DNA of 64,000 nt. It comes from Candidatus Eiseniibacteriota bacterium. GTDB taxonomy: Bacteria > Eisenbacteria > RBG-16-71-46. Numbering within the stretch: position 1 is the first letter of the stretch; each line of letters opens with the position of its first letter. The position numbers and the translations under genes were made by a program. The notes beneath the pieces are model-generated. The model did no database searches, was not told the DNA's origin, and saw only the letters and a list, made by a program, of their open reading frames with translations. The stretch spans positions 672,001 to 736,000 of the forward strand of contig CAVZLN010000003.1 of assembly GCA_963776245.1 (NCBI GenBank), given 5' to 3'. Positions 49,766 to 59,613 of the stretch are shown here, one piece after another.

Positions 49766-50053
49766 TCAGCGCTCCGCGCGCGGGGCGCGCAGCGGCTGGA
49801 ACGCGAACGCCTGATCGTCGCCGTTCTCGAGCGGGAATTCGCGCAGCACCTTCAGCGTCTGGGCCAGCGCGCCCTGCTGCCGGGCGATCTCGGCGGCGAG
49901 CGCCGTGTCCGGCCGGGCCGCGGGCCGCGGCGCCGGCTTCGCGGCGCGCTTCGCCGGCTTCGCGGCCGCCGCGAGCGCGGAGGACGGAGCCACCATCGCG
50001 GCCGCGGCGCCCGCGGCCACGACCTTGAGGAACCGCCTTCTCGACTTCTTCAT
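49766..50053 (-). CDS. Small Tat-signal protein with a GatC/AtzG-like C-terminus
   Basis: MKKSRRRFLK twin-arginine motif, hydrophobic region and ALA cleavage site; LKVLREFPLENGDDQAFAFQP; ends 1 nt before the amidase ATG. Confidence 0.7.
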   Translation of the reverse strand: MKKSRRRFLKVVAAGAAAAMVAPSSALAAAAKPAKRAAKPAPRPAARPDTALAAEIARQQGALAQTLKVLREFPLENGDDQAFAFQPLRAPRAER

Positions 50054-50487
50054 GGGGCCGCCTTTCGCGTCAGGTCACGCCGTTCGAAGGCCTCCAACCG
50101 CGCCCGCAGGTCGGGGGGGCAGGCAAGAGTCTGCTTGGTCGCGTAGTCGTAGCACACCTGCACCGAGGTCGCTTCCACCACCAGGCGGCCGCTCGACTCC
50201 TCGCGGATCTCGTAGGCGAACGCGAACGAGCGATTCCCCACCCAGTCGCAGCGGATGCCGAGCAGCAGCCGTTCGTGGACCAGCGCCTCGGCGCGGAAGT
50301 CGATGCTCACGTGCGCGAGGATGAACGGCACCCGTCCGTAGTCGTGCGCGTCCGCGAGGCGCCGCCAGTACTCCTGGCGCGCGACCTCGAGGTAGGTGAC
50401 GTAGACCGCGTTGTTGACGTGCCCCATCGCGTCGGTGTCGCGGAAGCGCGGGGAGAGGGGCTGGACCACGTGGAAACCGGGGATCAC
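50050..50487 (-). CDS. Hot-dog fold acyl-CoA thioesterase (4HBT/YbgC family)
   Basis: RFRDTDAMGHVNNAVYVTYLEVAR; GTG start; ATGA overlap with the Tat protein. Confidence 0.88.
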   Translation of the reverse strand: MIPGFHVVQPLSPRFRDTDAMGHVNNAVYVTYLEVARQEYWRRLADAHDYGRVPFILAHVSIDFRAEALVHERLLLGIRCDWVGNRSFAFAYEIREESSGRLVVEATSVQVCYDYATKQTLACPPDLRARLEAFERRDLTRKAAP

Positions 50488-50731
50488 CGGCGGGACCTCG
50501 GGGCTCGGGGTGCGCGCCCGGAAAGCGGCGCGATCCGGGCGCCAGGGATGGATGCGGGGGCCCGGCTCAACGGCCGGCCCGTTCCGTGCGCATCCTTGAG
50601 CGGCCGCCGCACGGCGGTCAAGCCCGCGCGTGCCCGGCGGGGGCCGGTGGCCGCGGCGCGGGCGCCCCGCGGCCACGCGCCGAGGATGATGTAGAATCTC
50701 CCCCGGCCCGCTCGAATCCCAACCCCTGACC

Positions 50732-51569
50732 ATGCCCGACGAACCCACTTCCGGCTTCCTCGAACGTCTCGCTGCCGCGCGGCGCAGGCACCTCCTGCCG
50801 CCGGGGCTGCGCGCGCGCGCCCGAGGAGGTGGTGGAGACCCTGCTCGCGCTGCTGTTCCCGCACTTCGCCGCCGGCGGCAGCGAGCCCGGCACGCTCGCC
50901 GACGAGCTGCGCGCGGCCCGCGAGCGGGTGGAGGCGTTCATCGCCTCGCACCCGGCGAGCGCGCCGCGCGCGGCCGCCATCGCCGAGGTGTTCTGCGCCC
51001 GCCTGCCGCAGGTGCGCGAGGCGCTGCTCGAGGACGCGGCCGCCACCGACGAGGCCGATCCGGCCGCCCAGAGCGTGGACGAGGTCATCATCACCTACCC
51101 CGGCTTCTACGCGCTGGCGTGCTACCGCCTGGCGCACGAGCTCCACCGCCTCGGCGTGGAGCTGCTGCCGCGGCTGATCACCGAGGTGGCGCACCGCGAG
51201 ACCGGCATCGACATCCATCCCGGCGCGCGCATCGGGCGCGCCATCTCGATCGACCACGGCACCGGCATCGTCATCGGGGAGACCACGGTGATCGGCGACC
51301 GGGTGCGCATGTATCAGGGCGTCACGCTCGGCGCGCTCAGCGTGCGCAAGCACGAGGCCGACGCCCAGCGCCATCCGACCATCGGGGACGACGTCGTGCT
51401 CTACGCCAACGCCACCATCCTCGGCGGCCGCACCGTGGTGGGCGCGGGGAGCATCATCGGCGGCAACGTGTGGCTCACCCACAGCGTGCCGCCGGGCACC
51501 ATCGTCACCGAGGGCGCGAGCAGCGAGAAGCGATTGGCCGCGGAAGTGGAGCGATCCAGCAAGGACTAG
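50732..51569 (+). CDS. cysE: Serine O-acetyltransferase (EpsC-like); apparent +1 frameshift near 50820
   Basis: [55 protein letters not shown]. The N-terminus from ATG 50732 joins the main frame only if one C of gcgcgcccgag is removed. Confidence 0.88.
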
Positions 51570-51603
51570 CCGCGCCGCCCCACGGCGCAGAAGGAAAGAA
51601 CCC

Positions 51604-52515
51604 ATGCGCGCGAACACCATCCTCGAGACCATCGGCGACACCCCCCACCTGCGACTCCAGCGCCTGTTCGGACGACGCGCCGAGGTGTGGGTCAAGCTCG
51701 AGCGCGCGAACCCCGGCGGGAGCATCAAGGACCGCATCGCGCTGGCGATGATCGAGGACGCCGAGAAGCGCGGCGTGCTCGTGCCGGGCACCACCATCAT
51801 CGAGCCCACCTCGGGGAACACCGGGATCGGCCTCGCGCTGGTCGCGGCGGTGAAGGGCTACCGGGTCGTGCTGGTGATGCCCGAGTCCATGTCGGTCGAG
51901 CGCCGCCGCATCATGGCGGCGTACGGGGCCGCGCTCGAACTCACCCCGCGCGAACTGGGCATCAACGGCGCCATCGCGCGCGCGACCGAGCTGGTCGCCG
52001 CCACGCCCGGGGCCTGGATGCCGCAGCAGTTCGAGAACCCCGCGAACCCCGCCGTGCACCGTGACACCACGGCGCGCGAGATCGCGCGCGACTTCCCCGC
52101 CGGGCTCGACGTGCTGATCACCGGGGTCGGCACTGGCGGGCACATCACCGGGGTCGCGCAGGCGCTCAAGCGGACCATGCCGGGGCTCCGGGCGTTCGCG
52201 GTCGAGCCGACCAAGTCGTCCGTGATCGCGGGCGGGACGCACAGCCCGCACAAGCTGCAGGGCATCGGCGCCGGGATCATCCCCGCGGTGCTCGACCGGA
52301 CGGTGCTCGACGGCACCATCTCGGTGACCGAGGAGGACGCGTTCGCCTACGCGCAGCGGGCGGCCCGCGAGGAAGGGCTGTTCATCGGCCCGTCCTCCGG
52401 CGCCTCGCTCGCCGCGGTGGCGCAGAAGCTCTCCGAGCTCGGCGACGGCGCGCGCGTGCTCACGTTCTGCTACGACACCGGCGAGCGCTATCTCTCGGTG
52501 GACGGCCTGTTCTAG
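51604..52515 (+). CDS. cysK: Cysteine synthase A
   Basis: [52 protein letters not shown]. Confidence 0.95.
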   Translation: MRANTILETIGDTPHLRLQRLFGRRAEVWVKLERANPGGSIKDRIALAMIEDAEKRGVLVPGTTIIEPTSGNTGIGLALVAAVKGYRVVLVMPESMSVERRRIMAAYGAALELTPRELGINGAIARATELVAATPGAWMPQQFENPANPAVHRDTTAREIARDFPAGLDVLITGVGTGGHITGVAQALKRTMPGLRAFAVEPTKSSVIAGGTHSPHKLQGIGAGIIPAVLDRTVLDGTISVTEEDAFAYAQRAAREEGLFIGPSSGASLAAVAQKLSELGDGARVLTFCYDTGERYLSVDGLF

Positions 52516-52530
52516 GCGGATCGCCCGCGG

Positions 52531-53793
52531 TCAGAACGCGTTCAGCGGGTACGCGAACGCCGGCCGCGCGACGAACCAGCGCTCGACGACCTCCGCCGCG
52601 CCGCCGCTCGCGTCGAGCAGGCCGGCCTCGGCCGCGCGCGCGGGCGAGAGCGTGCCGGCCAGCAGCGGGCCGAGCGCGTCGGCGGGCACCTTCAGGCGCG
52701 GTAGGCCGCGCGCGGCGCCCGCGCTCTCGGGGCGCACCATCAGCCCGCCCTCGCTGGCGCGCACGCGCCACGCGCGCGCGTTGGGGGCGAGCACGCCGTC
52801 GTCCACCTCGAGCGCCACCTCGCCCCGCGCCAGCGGGCTCACCGGCAGCCGCTCGAGGGCGAGCTTCACGTCGGTGACGCGCAGCATCATCCCGTGCGCG
52901 ACATTGCCGGTGTCGTGGAGCACGCCCATGGCGGCGCCCGGGCGCAGGTTCTGCGCGCTCCGCAGCAGGGCGAGCCAGGCACCATCGGCAGGCGCGGCGT
53001 ACTGGATCTCGCGCACCTGGTCGGCGAGCGCGGCGAGGTGGCCGACCAGCCCGCGGTGCGCCTCGGGCGTGGCGGCGACGAACTCCGAGAGCGTGAGCGC
53101 GAGCTCGAACGGGCCGTCGCTGGCGTCCGCCTCGTAGTGGAGATAGCCCTCGACCTGCCCGCGGCGCTTGCCCTCGTACACCACCCAGTCGCCGGGATAG
53201 GTCCACAGCCGCTGCGACCACCACGCGGAGGTGCGCGCCAGCGCGAAGTGCCCCTGCGACGCCACGCGCTCGTAGAGCGCCTCGACATGCGGCCGGTCGG
53301 GGAGCATCAGCCGGCGCACGCGGCGCGACTCGTCCGAGACCGGCAGGTTGGCGGGGGCCACCGCCAGTTGATGGACGATCTCGGACACTCCCCAGCCGAG
53401 CCGGCGGAAGTACGAGCCGCGGAACGCGTAGAGTCCGCACAGCGCGTCGCCGCGCTGCCGCAGCTCGCGCAGCGCGGCGCGCAGGAGCGCCTCGCCGACG
53501 CCCCGGCGGCGATGCTCGGGGCTCACCGCGACCGAGCCGACGCCGGTGAGCGGCACGCGCTGGCCGCGCACGAACACGGTGAGCGGATAGAGCACCAGCG
53601 ACGCGACGATCTGGCCGTCGAGCTCGCCGACGCGCACGTCGCGCAGTCCGAAGCGCGGGTGGTCGGTGTAGAAGTCGCGGCGCTTCTCGAGGCTGCTCAC
53701 CCGGTAGGCACGGTGCCCGAGTTCGGCGAGGGTCTCGACGTCGGTGCGGCGCGCCGGTCGGTAGCGCAGCGCGAGCGGACGCGGGCGGCTCAT
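52531..53793 (-). CDS. Eis-family (enhanced intracellular survival) GNAT acetyltransferase with an SCP2-like C-terminal domain
   Basis: GVGSVAVSPEHRRRGVG, LYAFRGSYFRRLGW, MLRVTDVKLALE, C-terminal ...PLNAF. Confidence 0.85.
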   Translation of the reverse strand: MSRPRPLALRYRPARRTDVETLAELGHRAYRVSSLEKRRDFYTDHPRFGLRDVRVGELDGQIVASLVLYPLTVFVRGQRVPLTGVGSVAVSPEHRRRGVGEALLRAALRELRQRGDALCGLYAFRGSYFRRLGWGVSEIVHQLAVAPANLPVSDESRRVRRLMLPDRPHVEALYERVASQGHFALARTSAWWSQRLWTYPGDWVVYEGKRRGQVEGYLHYEADASDGPFELALTLSEFVAATPEAHRGLVGHLAALADQVREIQYAAPADGAWLALLRSAQNLRPGAAMGVLHDTGNVAHGMMLRVTDVKLALERLPVSPLARGEVALEVDDGVLAPNARAWRVRASEGGLMVRPESAGAARGLPRLKVPADALGPLLAGTLSPARAAEAGLLDASGGAAEVVERWFVARPAFAYPLNAF

Positions 53794-54077
53794 GGGCTGG
53801 GCCGGCCGGGCCGGAAGGGACAGCGCTTCGCCGGGTGTGCCGTGCGTGACGATCGAGTGGGCCGCGTTCCGTCTCATGCGAGCGCCAGACTAGCCACCCG
53901 CGCGCGCGAGGGGAAGCGGGATGTCGCGCGCCGGCGGGGCCCGGGCACCGCGCTTGTGAGCGACCGGAGGGCTCTGTTACGGTTTCGCGCCTGTCTACGG
54001 CCCGCGACACCACAGGCGACGGGCCTCGCGGCCTCGACCGGGCGGCCGATGGTGTGCGACTCGAAAGGAGCACCGCT

Positions 54078-54710
54078 GTGATCCGGAATCTGGGGATGCG
54101 ATCGGCGATGGCGGCCTGCGCGCTGGCCGGCGCCGTCGTGTGGTCAACCGCCGCGGAGGCCGCGACGGATTCGTGGGCGAAGGGAGCCCAGTGGATGTCG
54201 CTGCGGGCCGGCTACGCCACGCAACTGGGGGACGCGACCGGCCAGGGCGGCGCCGGGTACGGCTTCGGCTACAGCCGCATGCTGAACAAGCGGTGGGCGC
54301 TCGGCCTGTACGCGCATCACGAGGTGCTCTCGAAGTCGGGCGCGGCCTCGCAGATGGTGTTCCCGTTCACCGCCGAACTGGTGCGGCATTACAAGTGGCG
54401 CACCGAATTGCATCCCTACCTGGGGCTGGGCGGCGGCGGGTTCAACGCGCGCACCACCCGCAGCGGCGAGGATCACATCCGCCCGCGGACCGGCTACTAC
54501 GTCGTCCTCGGGGCGAACACGCCGATCGACCCGCACCAGGTGCTCGGCCTGGACCTGCGCGTCGTGCGCTTCGAGGGCGAGACCCGGCCGGTCAATGTCG
54601 TCTTCGATTCCCCGCGGGACCTGGCCCTGCACCCGGGCGCGACCCAGCTCCACACCGGGCCCACCTGGTCGAACCTGAGCCTGAAGCTCAACTGGTCGTA
54701 CACCTACTGA
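54078..54710 (+). CDS. Outer-membrane beta-barrel protein
   Basis: AAGGAG RBS plus GTG; signal peptide; PYLGLGGG; terminal LKLNWSYTY. Confidence 0.75.
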   Translation: MIRNLGMRSAMAACALAGAVVWSTAAEAATDSWAKGAQWMSLRAGYATQLGDATGQGGAGYGFGYSRMLNKRWALGLYAHHEVLSKSGAASQMVFPFTAELVRHYKWRTELHPYLGLGGGGFNARTTRSGEDHIRPRTGYYVVLGANTPIDPHQVLGLDLRVVRFEGETRPVNVVFDSPRDLALHPGATQLHTGPTWSNLSLKLNWSYTY

Positions 54711-54996
54711 CCCACGCGGCGCCCGCATAGTCCGCGCGGGCCTCCCGGCCGCCGGCTGCGCCATCCGCCCCGCGTCGCGATCCCGTCGTCTGACGGCGTC
54801 CCGCCGACGCGGGGCGGTCGTCTTCTCACGCGATGACAGGCCCGCAGGCGGCGGCACGCCACGTGCGATGCCCGACCGCGGGACCGGGTGGTGGACGAGT
54901 GGAGCGGAGCCCCGAAGGTCCCGGCGGCCACCGGGCGGCGCCGCGGCGCCGCCCACGTCGTCGCGCATCCCGCACACCCGCCTGTGGTGCAGTCCG

Positions 54997-56715
54997 CTAC
55001 CGCACCACCGCGACCTTGGCGGTCGCGCTCTCCCGGCCGCTGGCGTCGCGGGCGCGCAGGAAGTAGATGCCCGCGCGGATCCGCCCGCCCGCCGGCGGCA
55101 GCGCGATGGTGAACGCGTCGCGCCCGCTGCCCGCGGACTCCCGACGTTCGCGCCACACCACCCGGCCCTGCAGGTCGTAGAGCTTGACCTCCAGCGCACC
55201 CGCGATGGCATCCATCACCTCGAACGCCACCTGCGTGCTGGCCGGGTTGGCCGACACCCGCAGCACCCACGGCCCCAGACCCTGCGCGGGCCACCGTGTC
55301 GCGGGGCTCCACCATTGGTAGCGCTGGTCCACGCTCTCGCGCCGCACGCGGTAGCGCACCATGCCGGCCGGCGCGGTGGTGTCGGTCCAGGCCATCAGCG
55401 AGTCGGGCCCGGCGCGCACCCTCGCTGCCTGAACGAAGCCGCCATCGCCATCGGCGCGCTCGACCGCCCACCACGAGCGCGGAGCGGGGGTGGAGAGCGC
55501 CCACCGCACCTGACGCAGGCGGCCGGCGGCGGCGACCTGCGGGGTGTCGGTGGTGGCGGTGGTGTACGAGTGCAGCCAGCGCACCCCACCCACGTAGTTG
55601 GACATCCACCACGCCACCCAGATGTCGCCATTGCGGTCGCGGATCGCGGAGGGCAGGCCGCCGTTCAGTCCCTCCGCCAACTCCACCGCATGGCCGAACC
55701 CCGAATCCGACGGGACGCAGATGCAGATGTTGTCATTGCCCCCCCAGTCCTGGCTGTCCCACACCACCACCGGGTAGTCGTACTCGTCGCCGTCCCGGCT
55801 CAGTTCAGGCTCGAATCCGCCGTGGAACTGGGTCCCGTTGAGGTACGCGCACCCCAGTGACTCCGGTTCGCTCCAGGCGGTGCCATCGAAGCTGGTGATG
55901 CGCACGTGGGGGGCCCAGGGGATCACCCACGCCAGCCACTGCCCGCCGCCCGGACGTGCCCGCAGCCGAGGCCGCTGGGGCCCCGGGTCGGGGATGAGCG
56001 GCCCCTCCTGCCAGTTGTCCCCGCGCGCGATCCCCCACCTCACTCCGATGTCCCAGCCCGCCGCCCACGCCACGATCGCCGTGGTGTCATCGAGTACCCC
56101 GAGGGTCAACCCGTAGTTATTGGTCGGCGCGTGCATCGGCACATTGGTGTAGGGCGTGTCACCGTCGGAGTAGTAGAGCCGCAGCGAATCTGGCAGCTCC
56201 CGAAAACCGCGGTCTTCGACCAGCAGCCAGTGTCGCTGGCGGCTTGCGGCGCCCGCATACTCCGTCACGCCGTAGGATACCTCCGTCACGCTATCCGGAG
56301 CCCAGACGCTGTCGGCCACCACCCTGGCCATGTGCATCGACGTACGCAGCTCGTAGCCAACCGCCAGTCGCGACCACACGAGGTAGGTCAGCCCGGGCGG
56401 GGCCTGCACCGGCCACAGCGCTCCGGTGCCACGACCCAGACTCCAGGTGCGCCGCCAGGTGCTGTCGGACCATCGGTAGCCGAACGCGTCCTTCGCCCCG
56501 CCGGGGCCCCTGCGCGCGATGGCGTAGAGCTCGGGGGTGCCGGTCGTATCGCGTTCCAGGCGCGGGGCTGCAAGGTAGCCGAACCCCGGCTCGATGAGCG
56601 TCGTGGCGGCGGTCCAGGCGCGACCGGGAGGGAGCCCATCGGCGCGCGCAACCCCTGCGATCGCCACGGCCGAGAGGGCTACCAGCGCCGCCGACCTCCA
56701 CCTGCGCTGTTCCAT
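54997..56715 (-). CDS. Secreted beta-rich protein with an FlgD/T9SS-like C-terminal domain
   Basis: Start ATG 56715 with AAGGAGG; signal peptide; Trp-rich beta segments; SANPAS...LYDLQGRVV...AGIYFLRA...KVAVVR. Confidence 0.7.
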   Translation of the reverse strand: MEQRRWRSAALVALSAVAIAGVARADGLPPGRAWTAATTLIEPGFGYLAAPRLERDTTGTPELYAIARRGPGGAKDAFGYRWSDSTWRRTWSLGRGTGALWPVQAPPGLTYLVWSRLAVGYELRTSMHMARVVADSVWAPDSVTEVSYGVTEYAGAASRQRHWLLVEDRGFRELPDSLRLYYSDGDTPYTNVPMHAPTNNYGLTLGVLDDTTAIVAWAAGWDIGVRWGIARGDNWQEGPLIPDPGPQRPRLRARPGGGQWLAWVIPWAPHVRITSFDGTAWSEPESLGCAYLNGTQFHGGFEPELSRDGDEYDYPVVVWDSQDWGGNDNICICVPSDSGFGHAVELAEGLNGGLPSAIRDRNGDIWVAWWMSNYVGGVRWLHSYTTATTDTPQVAAAGRLRQVRWALSTPAPRSWWAVERADGDGGFVQAARVRAGPDSLMAWTDTTAPAGMVRYRVRRESVDQRYQWWSPATRWPAQGLGPWVLRVSANPASTQVAFEVMDAIAGALEVKLYDLQGRVVWRERRESAGSGRDAFTIALPPAGGRIRAGIYFLRARDASGRESATAKVAVVR

Positions 56716-56948
56716 GGGGGCGCTCGCCTCCTTCGCATCGAACGGGCTCCGCACCCGAAGTGGAGGGCGGCTGACGGATGCGAATGCGCCGTCGACAAGA
56801 TGGATTCTACCCGCCAGCGCCGCGGCGGGGGAAGCGATGCGTTGATGCCCGTGGACAGGCGACGCCCCAGTTCGATCCGCTGGCAATGAACCCGGAAGTG
56901 CGACCGGCGGTCTTTGAAGTGCGTGGACGACGTGCGCGGCGAGGGTCT

Positions 56949-57995
56949 TCAGCCGCCGTTGCGACGGCGGTCGAGGGCCTCGAGGCGCTCGAACGCCGCG
57001 AACAGCGCGAGCGCCAGCACCCCGGCGCCGAGCGCCGCCTGCGAGCGCGGCAGGCGCGCGAGCGCCACCGCGGCGACTCCCAGCCCGGCCGCCAGCGCCC
57101 ACAGCACCAGCAGCGCGCGCCGCGGCGAGAGCCCGAGGCGCAGCAGCCGGTGGTGGACGTGCCCCGAGTCGGCGCGGAACACCGGCTGCCCGCGCAGCGC
57201 GCGGCGGATGAACGCGCTCACGCTGTCGACCATCGGCACGCCCATGGCGACGAGCGGGAACATCAGCGTGACCGCGGCGGTGCCCTTGCGATTCTCGAGC
57301 AACGCGGCGGCGGCCAGGACGAGCCCCAGGAACTGGCTGCCGGTGTCCCCCATGAACACCTTCGCGGGCGGGAAGTTGAAACACAGGAAGCCGGCATTCG
57401 CTCCCACCAGCAGCGAGGCGATGAACATCACGTAGAAGTCGCCGTGCTGCCGGGCCGCGAACCACAGCGTGGCCGAGGCGAACAGCACCACGCCCGCGGC
57501 GAGGCCGTCGAGGCCGTCGATCAGGTTGATGGCGTTGGTCACCAGCACCACCCACGCCACGGTGAGCGGGACGTTGAACACGCCCGAGGGGAGCGGGGCG
57601 CCGAACGGGTTCGTGAGCACGGGAACGCCGTAGCCGAACTGCACCAGCACCATCCCGGCGCACGCCTGCACGCCCAGCTTGGCCAGCCAGTGCGCGCCGC
57701 GCAGGTCGTCGACGACGCCCAGCGCCAGCATGGGCACCGCGGCCAGCGTGAGCCCGAGCAGCGGCTGCGCCTCGAGTTGGAACGCGGGCCCCGGCAGCAC
57801 GCGCGCCAGCCATGCCACGCCCAGCACCGCGGCGGCGAGTGCGAGGCCCCCCATGGTGGGCACCGGGGTGCGATGGATCCGCCGCGGTCCCGGGTGGTCC
57901 ACCGCGCCGGCGCGTCGCGCCAGCGCCATCACCACCGGGATCAGCGCGAGGGTGGCGATCCCGGTGGCGAGCGCGAGCAGGAGGGAGTAGGGCAC
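56949..57995 (-). CDS. MraY/WecA/TagO family polyprenyl-phosphate sugar-1-phosphate transferase
   Basis: RRIHRTPVPTMGGLA, GVVDD, NAINLIDGLDGLA, NFPPAKVFMGDTGS, ADSGHVHHRL. Confidence 0.92.
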   Translation of the reverse strand: MPYSLLLALATGIATLALIPVVMALARRAGAVDHPGPRRIHRTPVPTMGGLALAAAVLGVAWLARVLPGPAFQLEAQPLLGLTLAAVPMLALGVVDDLRGAHWLAKLGVQACAGMVLVQFGYGVPVLTNPFGAPLPSGVFNVPLTVAWVVLVTNAINLIDGLDGLAAGVVLFASATLWFAARQHGDFYVMFIASLLVGANAGFLCFNFPPAKVFMGDTGSQFLGLVLAAAALLENRKGTAAVTLMFPLVAMGVPMVDSVSAFIRRALRGQPVFRADSGHVHHRLLRLGLSPRRALLVLWALAAGLGVAAVALARLPRSQAALGAGVLALALFAAFERLEALDRRRNGG

Positions 57996-57999
57996 GGGG

Positions 58000-58854
58000 T
58001 CAGCGTTTCAGCGCGTTCGCGGCCATCATCAGGCCGGCGCGCGCGAGGATGAGCACCTCGGCGATCCCGCGCACCAGCGGGTTCGACGGATGGTACTTGC
58101 GGAAGTAGTGGATCATCCCGCGATGGCGCTCGAGGATCACCTTGTTCGCGGTCCGGCGCCGGCTGGCGCCGATGTGGTGGACGACCACGGCGTCGGGCAC
58201 GTAGGACACGCTCCAGCCCGCCAGGTTCATGCGGCGGCACCAGTCCACGTCCTCGTTGAACATGAAGAACGCCTCGTCCAGCGGCCCGACCGCGTCGATC
58301 GCCGCGCGCCGCACCATCATGCACGCCCCCGACACCCAGTCCACGTCGCGCTCCGTGGCGTGGTCCCAGTCCGACAGCAGGTAGCGGCGCGAGAACGGAT
58401 TGCCGGGGAACAGCCGGGTGAGCAGCGAGTAGCGGTTGAACAGGAACGCGAACCCGTCCGGGTAGCCGCGCGCCGAGTACTCGAGCGAGCCGTCGGGGTT
58501 GAGGATGCGCGGGGCGGCGATGGCGGCGCGCGGGTGGGCGCGCAGGTAGGCCAGCAGCGCGGGGACCGCTCCCGGGCGCAGCTCGCAGTCCGGATTGAGC
58601 ACCAGGACGTGCGCCGCGCCGGTCGCCCGCAGGCCCTGGTTCACGGCCCTGGCGAAGCCCACGTTCTCGGCGTTGGCGATCAGGCGCACCCCGGGGAAGC
58701 GCGCCGCCAGCGCCGCCGCCACCCCGTCGCCCGACGCGTTGTCCACCACCACGCACTCGGTCTCCAGGCCGGCGGATTCCCGGGCCAGGCCTGCGAGACA
58801 CGCGAGCAGGGGGTCGAGCGACTGGTAGTTGACGATGACGGTGGCGAGTTCCAT
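58000..58854 (-). CDS. Family 2 glycosyltransferase (rhamnosyltransferase-like)
   Basis: VIVNY, VVDNASGD, NVGFARAVNQG, LNPD, DWVSGACMMVRR, FFMFNEDVDWC. Confidence 0.92.
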   Translation of the reverse strand: MELATVIVNYQSLDPLLACLAGLARESAGLETECVVVDNASGDGVAAALAARFPGVRLIANAENVGFARAVNQGLRATGAAHVLVLNPDCELRPGAVPALLAYLRAHPRAAIAAPRILNPDGSLEYSARGYPDGFAFLFNRYSLLTRLFPGNPFSRRYLLSDWDHATERDVDWVSGACMMVRRAAIDAVGPLDEAFFMFNEDVDWCRRMNLAGWSVSYVPDAVVVHHIGASRRRTANKVILERHRGMIHYFRKYHPSNPLVRGIAEVLILARAGLMMAANALKR

Positions 58855-58898
58855 GCGGTGGCGAGAGGTGAGCGACGGGTCCGCGGCACGCGAGTCTA

Positions 58899-59399
58899 TC
58901 ACCTGGTCGTGTCGGGAGACACGGCCTCCGGGGGAGGCAGGGCGCGGCCGAGCGCTTCGCTCAGCCATGCGCGCAGGCGGGCGGTGTGGGAGCCCTCCCA
59001 GTACCACTTGCCGCACTCCGGGCAGTGGCGCAGGTGGTGCGCGCCCCGCAGCACCCGCCCCGGCACCTCGCCGCTGGCCTCGAACGCGAGCCGCCGCTGG
59101 AGGGCAGCATTGCACGCCGGGCAGCGGCTGAACGGCTCGCCGGCCGCCGCGAACGCCGCGTCAACGACGCGCACCGCGGCCGCGGCGTCCGCCCGGGGCA
59201 CGCGCAGGGCGGGCAGGTCGGCGAAGCGGCGCGGGTGGCGCGCGCTCAGGGTGAGCACGGTGCGCGCCTCGCGGCGCGCGACCTCGAACAGCTCATCGAG
59301 CCGCGCGCCCCGCACCACGACCACGTCATGCCCGAGCACCCGCAGCCGGCGGGCGACGAACTCGAGCGAGGAGTCGGTGACGAAGCGCGCGACGAGCAT
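58899..59399 (-). CDS. Mut7-C (PIN-like) RNase domain protein with a zinc ribbon
   Basis: FVTDSSLEFVARRLRVLGHD, FSRCPACN, CPECGKWYWEGSH. Confidence 0.85.
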   Translation of the reverse strand: MLVARFVTDSSLEFVARRLRVLGHDVVVVRGARLDELFEVARREARTVLTLSARHPRRFADLPALRVPRADAAAAVRVVDAAFAAAGEPFSRCPACNAALQRRLAFEASGEVPGRVLRGAHHLRHCPECGKWYWEGSHTARLRAWLSEALGRALPPPEAVSPDTTR

Positions 59400-59577
59400 G
59401 GCCGGCACCGTAGCCGCCCGCGGGGAATGGCGACAAGACCGGCGCGGGACGGCGCGGGTCACGGCGATCGCGCGGCACGGCGGTCCGGCGCGGGCCCGCC
59501 GCGGCCGCGCGCCGCCGCCGCCCGGGCGCGGAAGAAAGGCGCAATCGGTTGCCGGGCATCCGCTTGAGGTGTTCGGG

Positions 59578-59606
59578 TTGACCGAGGGAGCGCGCTGGGC
59601 CACCCT
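59578..59606 (+). promoter_or_regulatory. Sigma70-like promoter, leaderless nitroreductase-family gene
   Basis: TTGACC-N17-CACCCT, 7 nt before ATG 59614. Confidence 0.5.
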
Positions 59607-59613
59607 CCGCGAC

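Noticed and set aside
48331..50053. gatCA of the tRNA-dependent amidotransferase
   Set aside because: No gatB adjacent, the small subunit has a Tat signal, and the amidase has GTETWGSIL rather than the GatA-type GSDTGGSIRQP.
53988..54060. Riboswitch in the OMP leader (alternative pairings cgcctgt/acaggcg and acacca/tggtgt; GATGGTGT resembling the fluoride motif)
   Set aside because: No full match to a riboswitch consensus I recognise, and short pairings are common at this GC content. An Rfam search would settle it.
58899..59399. Toxin of a toxin-antitoxin pair
   Set aside because: No adjacent antitoxin-like gene; stand-alone Mut7-C proteins are widespread.
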